A stretch of 64,000 nt of DNA, taken from the IMG/VR virus record IMGVR_UViG_3300044796_000394; one strand, given 5' to 3'. This DNA is from a virus (Duplodnaviria > Heunggongvirae > Uroviricota > Caudoviricetes). Of the stretch, positions 29,045 through 38,252 are shown piece by piece. The number at the start of each line of letters is the position of its first letter. Within the stretch, counting starts at the first letter, position 1. The notes beneath the pieces are model-generated. The model was not told the origin of the DNA. It ran no database searches and saw only the letters and a list, made by a program, of their open reading frames with translations. Position numbers and translations under genes: made by a program.

Positions 29045-30124
29045 TTAGGATAGCAACTTTGAAATCATTTTGTAGACAACATCAAAACTGATTCGCTTTC
29101 TACTGTATTCTTTAGTTGAATTTCGGAATGCGGTCAAAAAAATGGAATTATACTGTTCCCGGTACCACTCTAATTTTGTGTTAAATTTTTCTATAATCTC
29201 TAATTGTTGTTCAATAGTAGGTGGATTATCAAATTTAATTTGAGCATAATTCCTAGAAGTGGATTTGCCAGCCAAACACGATATGCCATGTTCACGAATA
29301 TTCATCAATTTGATTCGCCCGCTTTGAGTACCAGTATCTATTGCCCTAAGAAGTATGATATTCTTTTCAACATCAGGAGAACAATTCATTGTTACCTCTG
29401 AATCCAAGGCACCAACATATGCTTTCATAGGTTTATCGCCCACACAGTTTTCCAACGTGTAACGACCAATGCCCTTCGGATGATCAATATTAACAAATTC
29501 ATGAAACGCTTCGCCGAATATCCAACTGTAATTTGCCGATATTTGAAACGAGAAAACCCTACCCGATGGCATAAATGTCACTGATACGGTTCTTGTGGGT
29601 GTGTATTCAGCTTTTTTGAATGAAAACGCACATACCGTATAATCAGTATCATCAAATACTCGCTCTTCAAATACCTTACAATCCAAAATGTCGTATTGTT
29701 CAAAAAAGATGCTTCTAATTTCGGCGGATGTTTCTGCTGAAAGAAAGTTAACGGGAACGATCAAAATGCCACCTTCACAACCCATCATGGATCTGATGGA
29801 ACACTTGTAAAGATCGTCCAAATCATATTTGTCGTATATTGTTTTATCGGGATTTTTATTGCGTGCCAAATATGGTGGATTGGTTATTATCCACTTCCCT
29901 TGATAATCAATGGGATTTAATAAAGAGTCATTTGTTATCCAAGGAAGAGTCGGATCAACATCATAACCGGTAACTGTTTGTGCGTTCCATGCCCAAGGCA
30001 AAAGATCGCCAGCACCAGCAAAAGGATCGACAACATCCTTCCCCATTAGAAAGTCTTCAAATCCCTTCAAAATGTAGTCTTTACGAGTTGTATTAAATTG
30101 ACCGAGCTGTTTTTTAATTTCCAT
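29045..30124 (-). CDS. N6-adenine DNA methyltransferase
   Basis: LGQFNT, DPFAGAGDL, TNPPY. Confidence 0.8.
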   Translation of the reverse strand: MEIKKQLGQFNTTRKDYILKGFEDFLMGKDVVDPFAGAGDLLPWAWNAQTVTGYDVDPTLPWITNDSLLNPIDYQGKWIITNPPYLARNKNPDKTIYDKYDLDDLYKCSIRSMMGCEGGILIVPVNFLSAETSAEIRSIFFEQYDILDCKVFEERVFDDTDYTVCAFSFKKAEYTPTRTVSVTFMPSGRVFSFQISANYSWIFGEAFHEFVNIDHPKGIGRYTLENCVGDKPMKAYVGALDSEVTMNCSPDVEKNIILLRAIDTGTQSGRIKLMNIREHGISCLAGKSTSRNYAQIKFDNPPTIEQQLEIIEKFNTKLEWYREQYNSIFLTAFRNSTKEYSRKRISFDVVYKMISKLLS

Positions 30125-30137
30125 ACCATTAAAAAGT

Positions 30138-30163
30138 AACAGGATCGCAAAAGCGATCCTGTT
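30138..30163. terminator. Hairpin/terminator
   Basis: AACAGGATCGC-AAAA-GCGATCCTGTT, perfect 11-bp stem. Confidence 0.65.
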
Positions 30164-30191
30164 CGTGATTATTAATTATTTTATCCTGTCT

Positions 30192-31493
30192 TTATCCACC
30201 ACCACTAGAAACATTCACCACTCCACCATTATTCCAGAGTTGACCGGGATTCACAGGATCAGAAGTTGGCAAGCCTGAAAACATAACAATGCCGGATGTT
30301 GCTGCCACAGAAGCCGCAACCAAATTACCACTGTTATCAACAGTTAGATTAGACATACCAACAATAAATGTTGATACCGCAACCTGTGCCCCACTATTTA
30401 GACTGCCATCAGTACCAATATTAAGGGCGCCGGATGCAAAACTTGCACTGCCATCGGCGCCTATCGTAGCTGCGCCACCACCTACACCCAAACTTCCAGT
30501 TGTCGTAATTCCCCAAGTGTCCGTAATACCGGTTGTGTTGATATTGGTGTTAACGTTAATTGAATAAGGATTTATTGCACCGCTGCTATCAATCGTACAA
30601 CTTCCATTAGCAAATGAAGCTGTACCGTCTACATTAAGTTGAATATTACCACTACCGATACTCGTGCCCGCACCGGGAGCAATAGTAAAGGAACCCTCGT
30701 CTAACCAAACACTCCCATCACTGTTCAATTGGTGGTAGCCGGATGCAAAACTAGCACTACCATCAGCGACTATCGTAGCGGCGCCAGAGCCAAATGAGGC
30801 CGAACCATCGGACCCTTGTAGGTGGATATTAAGGTCACCCGATGCATCAAATAGTTGTATATCACCATCTTGAGTATAATCAGATCCACCTGATTTTAAG
30901 ATCGGAGTATAAATAGAAGCAGCGAAATTAATGTCCCCAGATGCACTAATAGATAGTCCACCATTAGCAAAACTAGCGGAACCGTCCGGCACCAGCACTA
31001 CACCATCATCACCAACATTGATGTTCCCAGAGAACGTATTGTCAACATTCTTCAATGGTACGTTGGCTGATAAAACGCCATCGGGCAAACCGTGACTGCC
31101 TGTTAATTGGGCTGCTGGAACACTTGTAAGTCCCGATGCTGCTCCTTGGAATGTTCCAGCTTGTACAATACCTGTTACGTTCAAAGCTCCCGTTAATGCA
31201 TTACTTGAAGCATTCTTCAGCGGAACATTTGAACTCAACCTAGCATCAGCTACTGTACCACTGCTGATATTACTACCATTCAAAGAAGTAAGGCTTGCAC
31301 CTGATCCTGAAAATAATGTAGCAGTAGCCGTTCCCGTGACGGTTAATGGGCCTGCCATTGTTTGTAATGCTGTTTCTACGATATTAACACAAGAAACCAA
31401 AAAGTCTCTAATGTCTTGTGGTGTAATGTCACCACTTGTGTTATCTACTAAAATTGCTTTTAACGCAGCAATATTGCGTGCCGTATCTGCCAT
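30192..31493 (-). CDS. Putative tail-fibre/virion protein with internal repeats
   Basis: Gly/Ser/Thr-rich; repeated DGSASFA(N/S)G units and two VPLKN units. Confidence 0.65.
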   Translation of the reverse strand: MADTARNIAALKAILVDNTSGDITPQDIRDFLVSCVNIVETALQTMAGPLTVTGTATATLFSGSGASLTSLNGSNISSGTVADARLSSNVPLKNASSNALTGALNVTGIVQAGTFQGAASGLTSVPAAQLTGSHGLPDGVLSANVPLKNVDNTFSGNINVGDDGVVLVPDGSASFANGGLSISASGDINFAASIYTPILKSGGSDYTQDGDIQLFDASGDLNIHLQGSDGSASFGSGAATIVADGSASFASGYHQLNSDGSVWLDEGSFTIAPGAGTSIGSGNIQLNVDGTASFANGSCTIDSSGAINPYSINVNTNINTTGITDTWGITTTGSLGVGGGAATIGADGSASFASGALNIGTDGSLNSGAQVAVSTFIVGMSNLTVDNSGNLVAASVAATSGIVMFSGLPTSDPVNPGQLWNNGGVVNVSSGGG

Positions 31494-31542
31494 ATTATTA
31501 TCCTTAGATGAGTGTCCTCTATATATTATCTTTTAAATAAAA

Positions 31543-31569
31543 AAACAAGATCGTAAAACGATCTTGTTT
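31543..31569. terminator. Hairpin/terminator
   Basis: AAACAAGATCGT-AAA-ACGATCTTGTTT. Confidence 0.7.
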
Positions 31570-31589
31570 GCTTATCTGCGATTAATATA

Positions 31590-31976
31590 TCACTGCATAT
31601 CAATCATCTTTTCAAATTCATCCCAATTGATCAATCCATCACCATCAGTATCCATAACATTAATAATTTGAATTGCTATAGCCCATCGTGACAACGACAT
31701 CCCAACACCAGACTTAGCCAAAATTACACACAATTCATCTTGATTAACTTTGCCGTCATTATCTGTATCTTCGGTGTCAAAAGCCTTCTTCCAATCACCA
31801 TCATATTTATCTTTTACAAACGCTGTTACTTTATCAATGACTTCTTTTTTTGTACTCATAGATTCTTGAATTATTCCAGTGCCATTACACTTTGGGCAAT
31901 CAACATATTGTGATTCGCAATTTCCAGCATTTGGATTAGACACTCTTCCAGTACCTTTACAATTTTTGCATTTCAC
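31590..31976 (-). CDS. DnaJ-type Zn finger fused to EF-hand pair
   Basis: GGAGG SD + GTG; CKNCKGTG...CPKCNGTG; DTDNDGKVNQDE and DTDGDGLINWDE. Confidence 0.75.
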   Translation of the reverse strand: MKCKNCKGTGRVSNPNAGNCESQYVDCPKCNGTGIIQESMSTKKEVIDKVTAFVKDKYDGDWKKAFDTEDTDNDGKVNQDELCVILAKSGVGMSLSRWAIAIQIINVMDTDGDGLINWDEFEKMIDMQ

Positions 31977-32149
31977 GTGACATCAACCTCCAAAAAAAAG
32001 CATGGCCCATAGACCACGCTTTTATCGCCACTCGCATATCTAAAGTATAAGGCAAAGTAACGTGTTTTTGTTAACCCGTCGTTTGCTTCATCCGCTTGTC
32101 TTTACTAGGGAAGGCGGCTTATTAATTTTTCGTCTCAAGGAGGTCATAC

Positions 32150-32257
32150 ATGACCAATCCAAAGCCGAAGGTGCGCATAGCTAAATATATATGCCGTATC
32201 TTCAAATTTCTGAAGTGGCTTTCAGAACACATAATCATTCCTCTACTAATTCCTTAA
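32150..32257 (+). CDS. 35-aa basic/hydrophobic peptide MTNPKPKVRIAKYICRIFKFLKWLSEHIIIPLLIP
   Basis: AGGAGGT SD, ATG 32150, TAA 32255-32257, terminator immediately after; below the ORF-track size cutoff. Confidence 0.6.
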   Translation: MTNPKPKVRIAKYICRIFKFLKWLSEHIIIPLLIP

Positions 32258-32261
32258 ACCG

Positions 32262-32293
32262 AAAAAAGCCGCCCATATGGGCGGCTTTTTTTT
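32262..32293. terminator. Bidirectional terminator (copy 1)
   Basis: A6-GCCGCCCATATGGGCGGC-T8. Confidence 0.88.
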
Positions 32294-32294
32294 G

Positions 32295-33917
32295 TTACAT
32301 ACCAGAACTAGAACTAGAACTAGAACTAGAACTAGAACTACAAGTCGGCTTGACAAGTGCCTCTTTATAAGCAAGCCATGCTTTACCAACTTCTATTATC
32401 TTCGCTTCAATTGACGACAAATAAGCCAAAATCTTATTGAAATAGTCGTTCATTTTATCGCCATTACAGGAAGCTGAACTACATGTTAAATTTCGCATAT
32501 CTTGATAGACTTTCGAAATATCTTTCATATAAGATAATCGACTACTAATCAAAGATGTTACGTAGTCAAGGATTTTACCCCATGCCGCATAGCACGCATC
32601 GTCATTTTTAGCCTTAGCATCAGCCATTCCTGCTTTTGCTTCTTTTTTCAATTGATCCATCGCATATTCGGCTTTGGACACTTTAACTGTTCCATCATTC
32701 TGTCGTGTAAAGACAAAATTGCCGCCGGGGAAATAAGTTTTATCTCTCTGCCAAAGAAATGTAATTTTATCGTCAATTGATTTTTTGATTTTAACACACT
32801 CAGGATCAGCAGGTTGCTTTAAACACCAACAAGCCTGAGCCATAGTCGTTATCTTATCAACAATTTGAACACACAGCGTTGTATATCCATCCAGATCAAG
32901 TTCTTCATCTGGATTAGCAAGTTTTTTATTTCCATCACATGCTTTTTGCGCAGCGGCTTTTAATAAATTAGTTACATCGTTTTGTGCGTTATCTATATCG
33001 TTAGCAGTAGCAAGAGGCAATGTGGGAACCAATGCTTGTCGCCATCTATTATCAAAACCGTTAATGTTCAACATGTGTACTCTATCGTTCAATCTGATAA
33101 ATTCTAACATTTGATCATTTGCTTCATCTTGACTATATCCACAGTCTGCGAATATTGACCTCATACAATCTCTAAAAGGTCTTTCTGATCGATATTTTTG
33201 AACACGCCCGGCCAATTCATCAATAACACCATAAACGAATAATGCGGTACCGGCAACATTCAAAGCAGTACCTAAAAAATTTGTCGGCGGTGTTGGAACC
33301 GGATTTGTTGGTCGTAGTGCAGTACCTGGTATTGTTTGCGTTCTAAAAGGGTTAAAACTATTAGGATCGACAGGAACACTCGGCGGTGGCTCAAGAAGAG
33401 GATTAGGTACACCCGGATAAGGAATCGTTCTCGAAGGGTTAAACGCAGGATCGACAGTAACAGCCGGTGGCTCAGGTACACCCGGATTGAATGGCCCTCT
33501 AGGCGTTATAGAAGGATCTGGTGCCATAACAGGAGGTGTTGGAGTCGTTGGAGTAGTTGGTGGTGGAGTCGGAGGTGGAGTCATTGGCGACTGAGGTCTT
33601 ATATTAAATCTTTCTGTTGGTGGGCCTTCCGGAGCAGCAGGTTGCCCCTCCAAATAATCAAAGATAGACCCTTCTAATGGTCTAATTTGACGACTATCTG
33701 GTCCATAAGTCGGCAATCTTGGCATTGTTCGTGGCTCTATATGAGGTCGCAAATCTGGTACAGTCCCCGCTGGAGGCCGTGGTGGCCCTGCTGATGCGGG
33801 GCCGGGTGGTCCAAGATTTGGCCTAGTTAAACCACCGCTGCGAGTTGGTCCAGGTTGTCCTTGTTGTCCGGGGATATATACCCAAGGTTGTGGTGGTGTG
33901 CCGGGTGGATTAGCCAT
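32295..33917 (-). CDS. Proline-rich / Cys-rich hypothetical protein with poly-Ser tail
   Basis: 540-aa ORF; Pro-rich N-terminal ~210 aa; S12 C-terminus. Confidence 0.75.
   Translation of the reverse strand: MANPPGTPPQPWVYIPGQQGQPGPTRSGGLTRPNLGPPGPASAGPPRPPAGTVPDLRPHIEPRTMPRLPTYGPDSRQIRPLEGSIFDYLEGQPAAPEGPPTERFNIRPQSPMTPPPTPPPTTPTTPTPPVMAPDPSITPRGPFNPGVPEPPAVTVDPAFNPSRTIPYPGVPNPLLEPPPSVPVDPNSFNPFRTQTIPGTALRPTNPVPTPPTNFLGTALNVAGTALFVYGVIDELAGRVQKYRSERPFRDCMRSIFADCGYSQDEANDQMLEFIRLNDRVHMLNINGFDNRWRQALVPTLPLATANDIDNAQNDVTNLLKAAAQKACDGNKKLANPDEELDLDGYTTLCVQIVDKITTMAQACWCLKQPADPECVKIKKSIDDKITFLWQRDKTYFPGGNFVFTRQNDGTVKVSKAEYAMDQLKKEAKAGMADAKAKNDDACYAAWGKILDYVTSLISSRLSYMKDISKVYQDMRNLTCSSASCNGDKMNDYFNKILAYLSSIEAKIIEVGKAWLAYKEALVKPTCSSSSSSSSSSSSGM
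32305..32340. repeat. (GAACTA)6 microsatellite encoding Ser12 on the minus strand
   Basis: Six exact 6-nt units. Confidence 0.95.
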
Positions 33918-33960
33918 ATTTTTTCTTTAAAAAGAGATTGATAACTTAATTAGTCATAAC

Positions 33961-33994
33961 AAAAAAAAAGCCGCCCATATGGGCGGCTTTTTTT
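33961..33994. terminator. Bidirectional terminator (copy 2, identical core)
   Basis: A9-GCCGCCCATATGGGCGGC-T7. Confidence 0.88.
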
Positions 33995-34005
33995 ATCAAT
34001 CTCTT

Positions 34006-34578
34006 TTACGTAACATCTACTTCTGGTTCTTTGTTCATCTTTTCGCACAATTTACCAATGCGATCACGGAGACTTTCCAATTCTTTGAGAATACCACCAC
34101 CGCCTTGAGCTTCCGAGTCGTGGTGTTTGCGTTCCATTGCCTCAACCTTACGCTTTAACTCGTCCAATTCCCGTAATTCAGGGCCATCGGAAAAGTTCTT
34201 CGTAACTCTGACATGACCATCAGGACCGACACCATCTGGGCCGGTACTTGATTGCTGAGTAGGGTTTGTTTTGGTAGGAGTAAACGCACCGAAATTGGCC
34301 TTTGGCTTAGTTTCACCATTGTCCCAATCGACAATCAAGTCGTGCATACTAACGGAACGAGCGTAAATGTCGGCCCATGACGGATCGACTTCCGGCTCTT
34401 TTTCAGAACCAGTGCTGTTGAAGGGCTTGTTAGGTGCGAAATAGCTAACCGCTCTTGGCTGTTCAGGCTGAATATTGGCAGTTAACTCAGACGTAGATTC
34501 TTTGGCGAACTGTTCAGCAGCGACATCCCATTTGGCAAGCCACTTGTTAAACTCTTCATTGGTCGTTGTATCTCTCAT
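34006..34578 (-). CDS. Hypothetical protein
   Basis: ORF preceded by CTAAATA and AAGG. Confidence 0.65.
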   Translation of the reverse strand: MRDTTTNEEFNKWLAKWDVAAEQFAKESTSELTANIQPEQPRAVSYFAPNKPFNSTGSEKEPEVDPSWADIYARSVSMHDLIVDWDNGETKPKANFGAFTPTKTNPTQQSSTGPDGVGPDGHVRVTKNFSDGPELRELDELKRKVEAMERKHHDSEAQGGGGILKELESLRDRIGKLCEKMNKEPEVDVT

Positions 34579-34616
34579 AACCTTTATTTAGGGCTATGAT
34601 CGCAATTTCTTCAAAG

Positions 34617-34868
34617 TCACTCTTTTTTCATAGCATCTTTATATTGCTTTGTTCTCTTGCAACTAGAACACGTAACGGCACTAGCCAAACAACTGTGCTG
34701 AATAAGATTGCCGTGCTTACGGAAATCGTTATAGCTTGACATGTCCGGAGCCGTATAGATCGTGTCACCGCAAATAAAAGTCCCACAAGCTGTAAAATCA
34801 GATAAAGCGTAATGGACTGTAATTTTTGGTTCGATTGCTGCCTTCTTAACCTTCATAATAATTCTCAC
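34617..34868 (-). CDS. Small Cys-rich (Zn-binding) hypothetical protein
   Basis: H...TACG...C ... C...VTCSSC. Confidence 0.55.
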   Translation of the reverse strand: MRIIMKVKKAAIEPKITVHYALSDFTACGTFICGDTIYTAPDMSSYNDFRKHGNLIQHSCLASAVTCSSCKRTKQYKDAMKKE

Positions 34869-36022
34869 TGGAATACAATTGCGTACTTTCTGCCTACCCG
34901 TAAACGGCGACTAATGCCACCCGTCTCCATCTTAATTGCCAAGAATGGATCAATCACTTTTTCGCCGTCCAAATCCACGGCACCCTGAATAACCAAGCGA
35001 CGGGCTTCATTGTTGCTAGTAGTCAAACCAGCAGCACAAATCAGCCTCATAAGCGTGGTGTCATTCACCAAAACCTTAACTTCGGGAATGTCATCAGGCT
35101 CTTTGCGAAGACTGAATTGGTTAACCCATTGAACAGCCGCCGCCGCAGCCTTATCTGTACCATGCATTGATTCTACAATACGAAGCGCAAGGGACTTTTT
35201 ACTATCCAAAGGTGCGATCCAATCAATGCCATTCGTGAGCAAATCCACCCACTCTTGCATAAGTGTATCAGGAATGCTCATCACTTTACAGTACATTTCA
35301 AAAGGCTCTTCATCTACACCGATGTAGTTTCCGAGACTTTTGCCCATTTTCTTAACGCCGTCCATGCCCCGCAAGATCGGCAAAGTGATACAAACTTGCT
35401 GTTCCATACCAGCAAGTTTCTGCATATCACGGCCAAAATTCAAGTTAAACATCTGTTCTGTGCCGCCAAGTTCAACATCGGCAGCAACCATCACACTGTC
35501 GTACCCTTGTAGCATCGGGTACATCAACTCACTCACCTGAATAGGTTGTTCGGCTTTAAATCGATTGTTGAAATCCTCACGATCCAATATCTGACTGACT
35601 GTGAAGGTCTTAAGTTGCTCTAATGTCCATCGCAAATCGCATTTATTCAGCCAAGTACTGTTAAGATTGACTTCTGCCTTCTTGATGTCTACAACTTTAC
35701 CAATTTGCTTCAAGTACTTCCGAGCATTATCCTTGGCTTCGTCAGGGGTGATTGAAGTGCTTCGAAGTTCATTTCTGCCTGTGGGATCGCCGATTGATGC
35801 CGTGAAGTCGCCCATAATGAGTACGGCAATATGTCCTTCATCTTGAAACGCCTTCATTAACCTCAATGGAACAGTATGTCCCAAGTGTACGTGCGGAGTG
35901 GTAGGATCAATGCCGTACTTGACACGCAAGGGACGACCCTTCTTCAGCTTCGCTTCCAAGGCGGGAACTTTTGAAGGGTCAAATTGCTTAACTTTTTCAA
36001 GTACCTTGCTCATATCATTCAT
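34865..36022 (-). CDS. tyrS: Tyrosyl-tRNA synthetase
   Basis: GIDPT...HLGH (HIGH), IGDPTGR, YPMLQGYD, GGTEQ, KMGKS, C-terminal S4 domain. Confidence 0.95.
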   Translation of the reverse strand: MNDMSKVLEKVKQFDPSKVPALEAKLKKGRPLRVKYGIDPTTPHVHLGHTVPLRLMKAFQDEGHIAVLIMGDFTASIGDPTGRNELRSTSITPDEAKDNARKYLKQIGKVVDIKKAEVNLNSTWLNKCDLRWTLEQLKTFTVSQILDREDFNNRFKAEQPIQVSELMYPMLQGYDSVMVAADVELGGTEQMFNLNFGRDMQKLAGMEQQVCITLPILRGMDGVKKMGKSLGNYIGVDEEPFEMYCKVMSIPDTLMQEWVDLLTNGIDWIAPLDSKKSLALRIVESMHGTDKAAAAAVQWVNQFSLRKEPDDIPEVKVLVNDTTLMRLICAAGLTTSNNEARRLVIQGAVDLDGEKVIDPFLAIKMETGGISRRLRVGRKYAIVFQ

Positions 36023-36977
36023 CTTTCAATTCTTTGGCCTGTTCCTTGAAATAATCCCATGCTTCCACTAATGCGGCTTCGGCTTTTTTGTCCGTCTGGG
36101 AAATCGCCTGTACATTGGTGATACCGAAATTTTTCTTCATCGCTTCCTGAAAGTACGTCATCGTGTGAGGAGCATTCGGATAACTCCCGGCACTGCCTAA
36201 GTCCTTAAACTTATGGGGAAGAGTCTCTTTGTAAATCGACTCGTTGTACGGTCTGGTATATCCGAAGCCTTCTGCCCACGTGCCGCCAGAAGTCTTAATG
36301 GGCTTCTGCGCTGCCAACCTACGAGGATCAGCAGAATGGGTTCTTGATAAAAGAATATCCGCTTTCGGATTCCAGTTAGGTCTAGAGCCACCGTAAATGC
36401 TGTGGTGAGCAAAGCCACCGAGACGCATCAAGGAATAGAACACCGTTGGATCAGTATTCATGTTAGTTAATATGAAATAACTATCCTTGAAAATGATCGT
36501 CTTTTTGTTGCCGAATGCTGCTACCCACGGGGATTCCGCCGAAAAGATGAATTCGTAATACGGCAGCTTGAAAACATCCTTGGTACTCGGACGGCAGCAT
36601 CCAATGTAAATGATGTCACCTTCGGGGAACGGCACATAAATATCCCTTGGAAAGTAGGGATTCATGAAGTGCTTCTCACCGTGCGAATCACGATACTTAA
36701 CAAGACCACCCAAACACGGCATTGAGTGCCGCCAATAGGTGAAAAATTCGCCATCTTTGAAAGTCGTGACTGTGTACGTCAACCCTTTCGGCTGACCTAA
36801 CAAAAACTCCGTCGCTGCAAGAGCCTCTTCCTTGGTTTTGCTGCGTACGAACTCATCGTCACGATAAACATTCTTGTTCTGAACCGGCTCTGCCCATTTC
36901 CACTTAACGGTTTCTACAGTAAATTTGCCGCTGACTTTGGTTTTGACTTCTTTGGCTTTTGACACGATCAATCTCAC
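36015..36977 (-). CDS. Hypothetical protein, 320 aa
   Basis: Long ORF in operon. Confidence 0.7.
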   Translation of the reverse strand: MRLIVSKAKEVKTKVSGKFTVETVKWKWAEPVQNKNVYRDDEFVRSKTKEEALAATEFLLGQPKGLTYTVTTFKDGEFFTYWRHSMPCLGGLVKYRDSHGEKHFMNPYFPRDIYVPFPEGDIIYIGCCRPSTKDVFKLPYYEFIFSAESPWVAAFGNKKTIIFKDSYFILTNMNTDPTVFYSLMRLGGFAHHSIYGGSRPNWNPKADILLSRTHSADPRRLAAQKPIKTSGGTWAEGFGYTRPYNESIYKETLPHKFKDLGSAGSYPNAPHTMTYFQEAMKKNFGITNVQAISQTDKKAEAALVEAWDYFKEQAKELKDE

Positions 36978-37041
36978 TTGAGTGGTCTAATAAAGGGTGC
37001 AGCCGTCATTGGTTACATATTACCCTATAAAACCCGTGATT

Positions 37042-37635
37042 TCAAACCGTATTGGAATAACCATAACGGTTAAAATCTTCGTAAAAAACAGAGTAGACCT
37101 TATCAATCGTGACGGGGTTGGCATAATAAAGACGCCAATTCCCATACCCGTCACCGCCACTCTGTTTGCCGACTTGCTTCTCAGGCAGTTTACCTACTAA
37201 ATTAAAAAATTTCAATCTTTCCCATTCACTGTTAAGATTTTCGTACGTAATAATTTTGATTGGCTTGTTAAAGTGCTTTTGTGCTTCATCAATCACCGAC
37301 GATTGTACAGATAAATGAAACTTGTTATATCCACAACCACTCGCCCCCGCCCGCAACCCTTCAACGTACGCATCGAATGCTTGATGCCGAAAATCTACAT
37401 CTCCGGTATCTATGTGTTTAAATACCTCAAACCACTTACTAACAGTTCGTGAAAAAGGGTTACGAACAACAGCAAAGGCAAAATAGCCCCGCATATCACC
37501 CGTTGGCGGTTGGATACTATGATGCCCCATACCTTCGGTGCTGCCGCCGATTTTCTTTAATGTACTGGATACGGTACGGGATGCGTTTTTAGGGAGAGCC
37601 AGAAACGCTATTTTGTGTTTGCGAACAATATGCAT
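37042..37635 (-). CDS. Sulfotransferase family 2 protein
   Basis: FLALPKNASRTV (5'-PSB), VVRNPFSRTVSKW (3'-PB), EDFNRYGY. Confidence 0.82.
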   Translation of the reverse strand: MHIVRKHKIAFLALPKNASRTVSSTLKKIGGSTEGMGHHSIQPPTGDMRGYFAFAVVRNPFSRTVSKWFEVFKHIDTGDVDFRHQAFDAYVEGLRAGASGCGYNKFHLSVQSSVIDEAQKHFNKPIKIITYENLNSEWERLKFFNLVGKLPEKQVGKQSGGDGYGNWRLYYANPVTIDKVYSVFYEDFNRYGYSNTV

Positions 37636-38207
37636 CAGTGATATTTCTTCTTGATAATGCTGTGTTCTCTATTTATTGTCGGGCCTTTAACCTTCAAAGC
37701 ATCAAGAAGTGAAACAGTATAACTGATATTGCCAAGTTTTTTGTTTGAAAATCTCTTATCGTCTATAGGTACGATAAAAATCAAATTTTCCAAGACGAGA
37801 TGAGGAACCAAAATTGGGGCTTTTTGTCCCGGCGGAAGTTCAATTTCTGCTACGCCGAAATAATTGTGTCTGCCGTGTTTGAAGAAATCAACTTCCCAAC
37901 CTTCGTGGATATAGCGGGTTTTGGTAACTTGATTGGTACCCTTAGACCACAACTTGTTAAAGTCATCAACATCAATAGACGACTCTATTTCCACAACTTC
38001 GCCGGGCGTTCCACAATCCTGCTTAAATGTGAAGTAATAGCTTTTTTCACCATTAAGTTTGGATGATCGAACACGGGCAGAGATACCACGCTCCGTTACG
38101 AGATACCTCTGTTCAATAAGAAGGATTTGCTCAGACGCTTCGGCAAACTTGCGTTCTACCTTGTCAGTTTCGTGAATGACATATTTACGTTCGTTTTCAA
38201 TAGGAAT
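37635..38207 (-). CDS. CYTH-domain protein (triphosphate tunnel metalloenzyme); ATT start
   Basis: Frame extends 71 codons upstream of the tracked GTG to IPIENERKY (ExExK); also IEQRYL, ARVR, KTRY, EVDFF, AEIEL. Confidence 0.82.
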   Translation of the reverse strand: MPIENERKYVIHETDKVERKFAEASEQILLIEQRYLVTERGISARVRSSKLNGEKSYYFTFKQDCGTPGEVVEIESSIDVDDFNKLWSKGTNQVTKTRYIHEGWEVDFFKHGRHNYFGVAEIELPPGQKAPILVPHLVLENLIFIVPIDDKRFSNKKLGNISYTVSLLDALKVKGPTINREHSIIKKKYH

Positions 38208-38252
38208 GGCAAGCCCTCCAAATTTAGAAGTCTCAATCGTCTTATAGTTATG

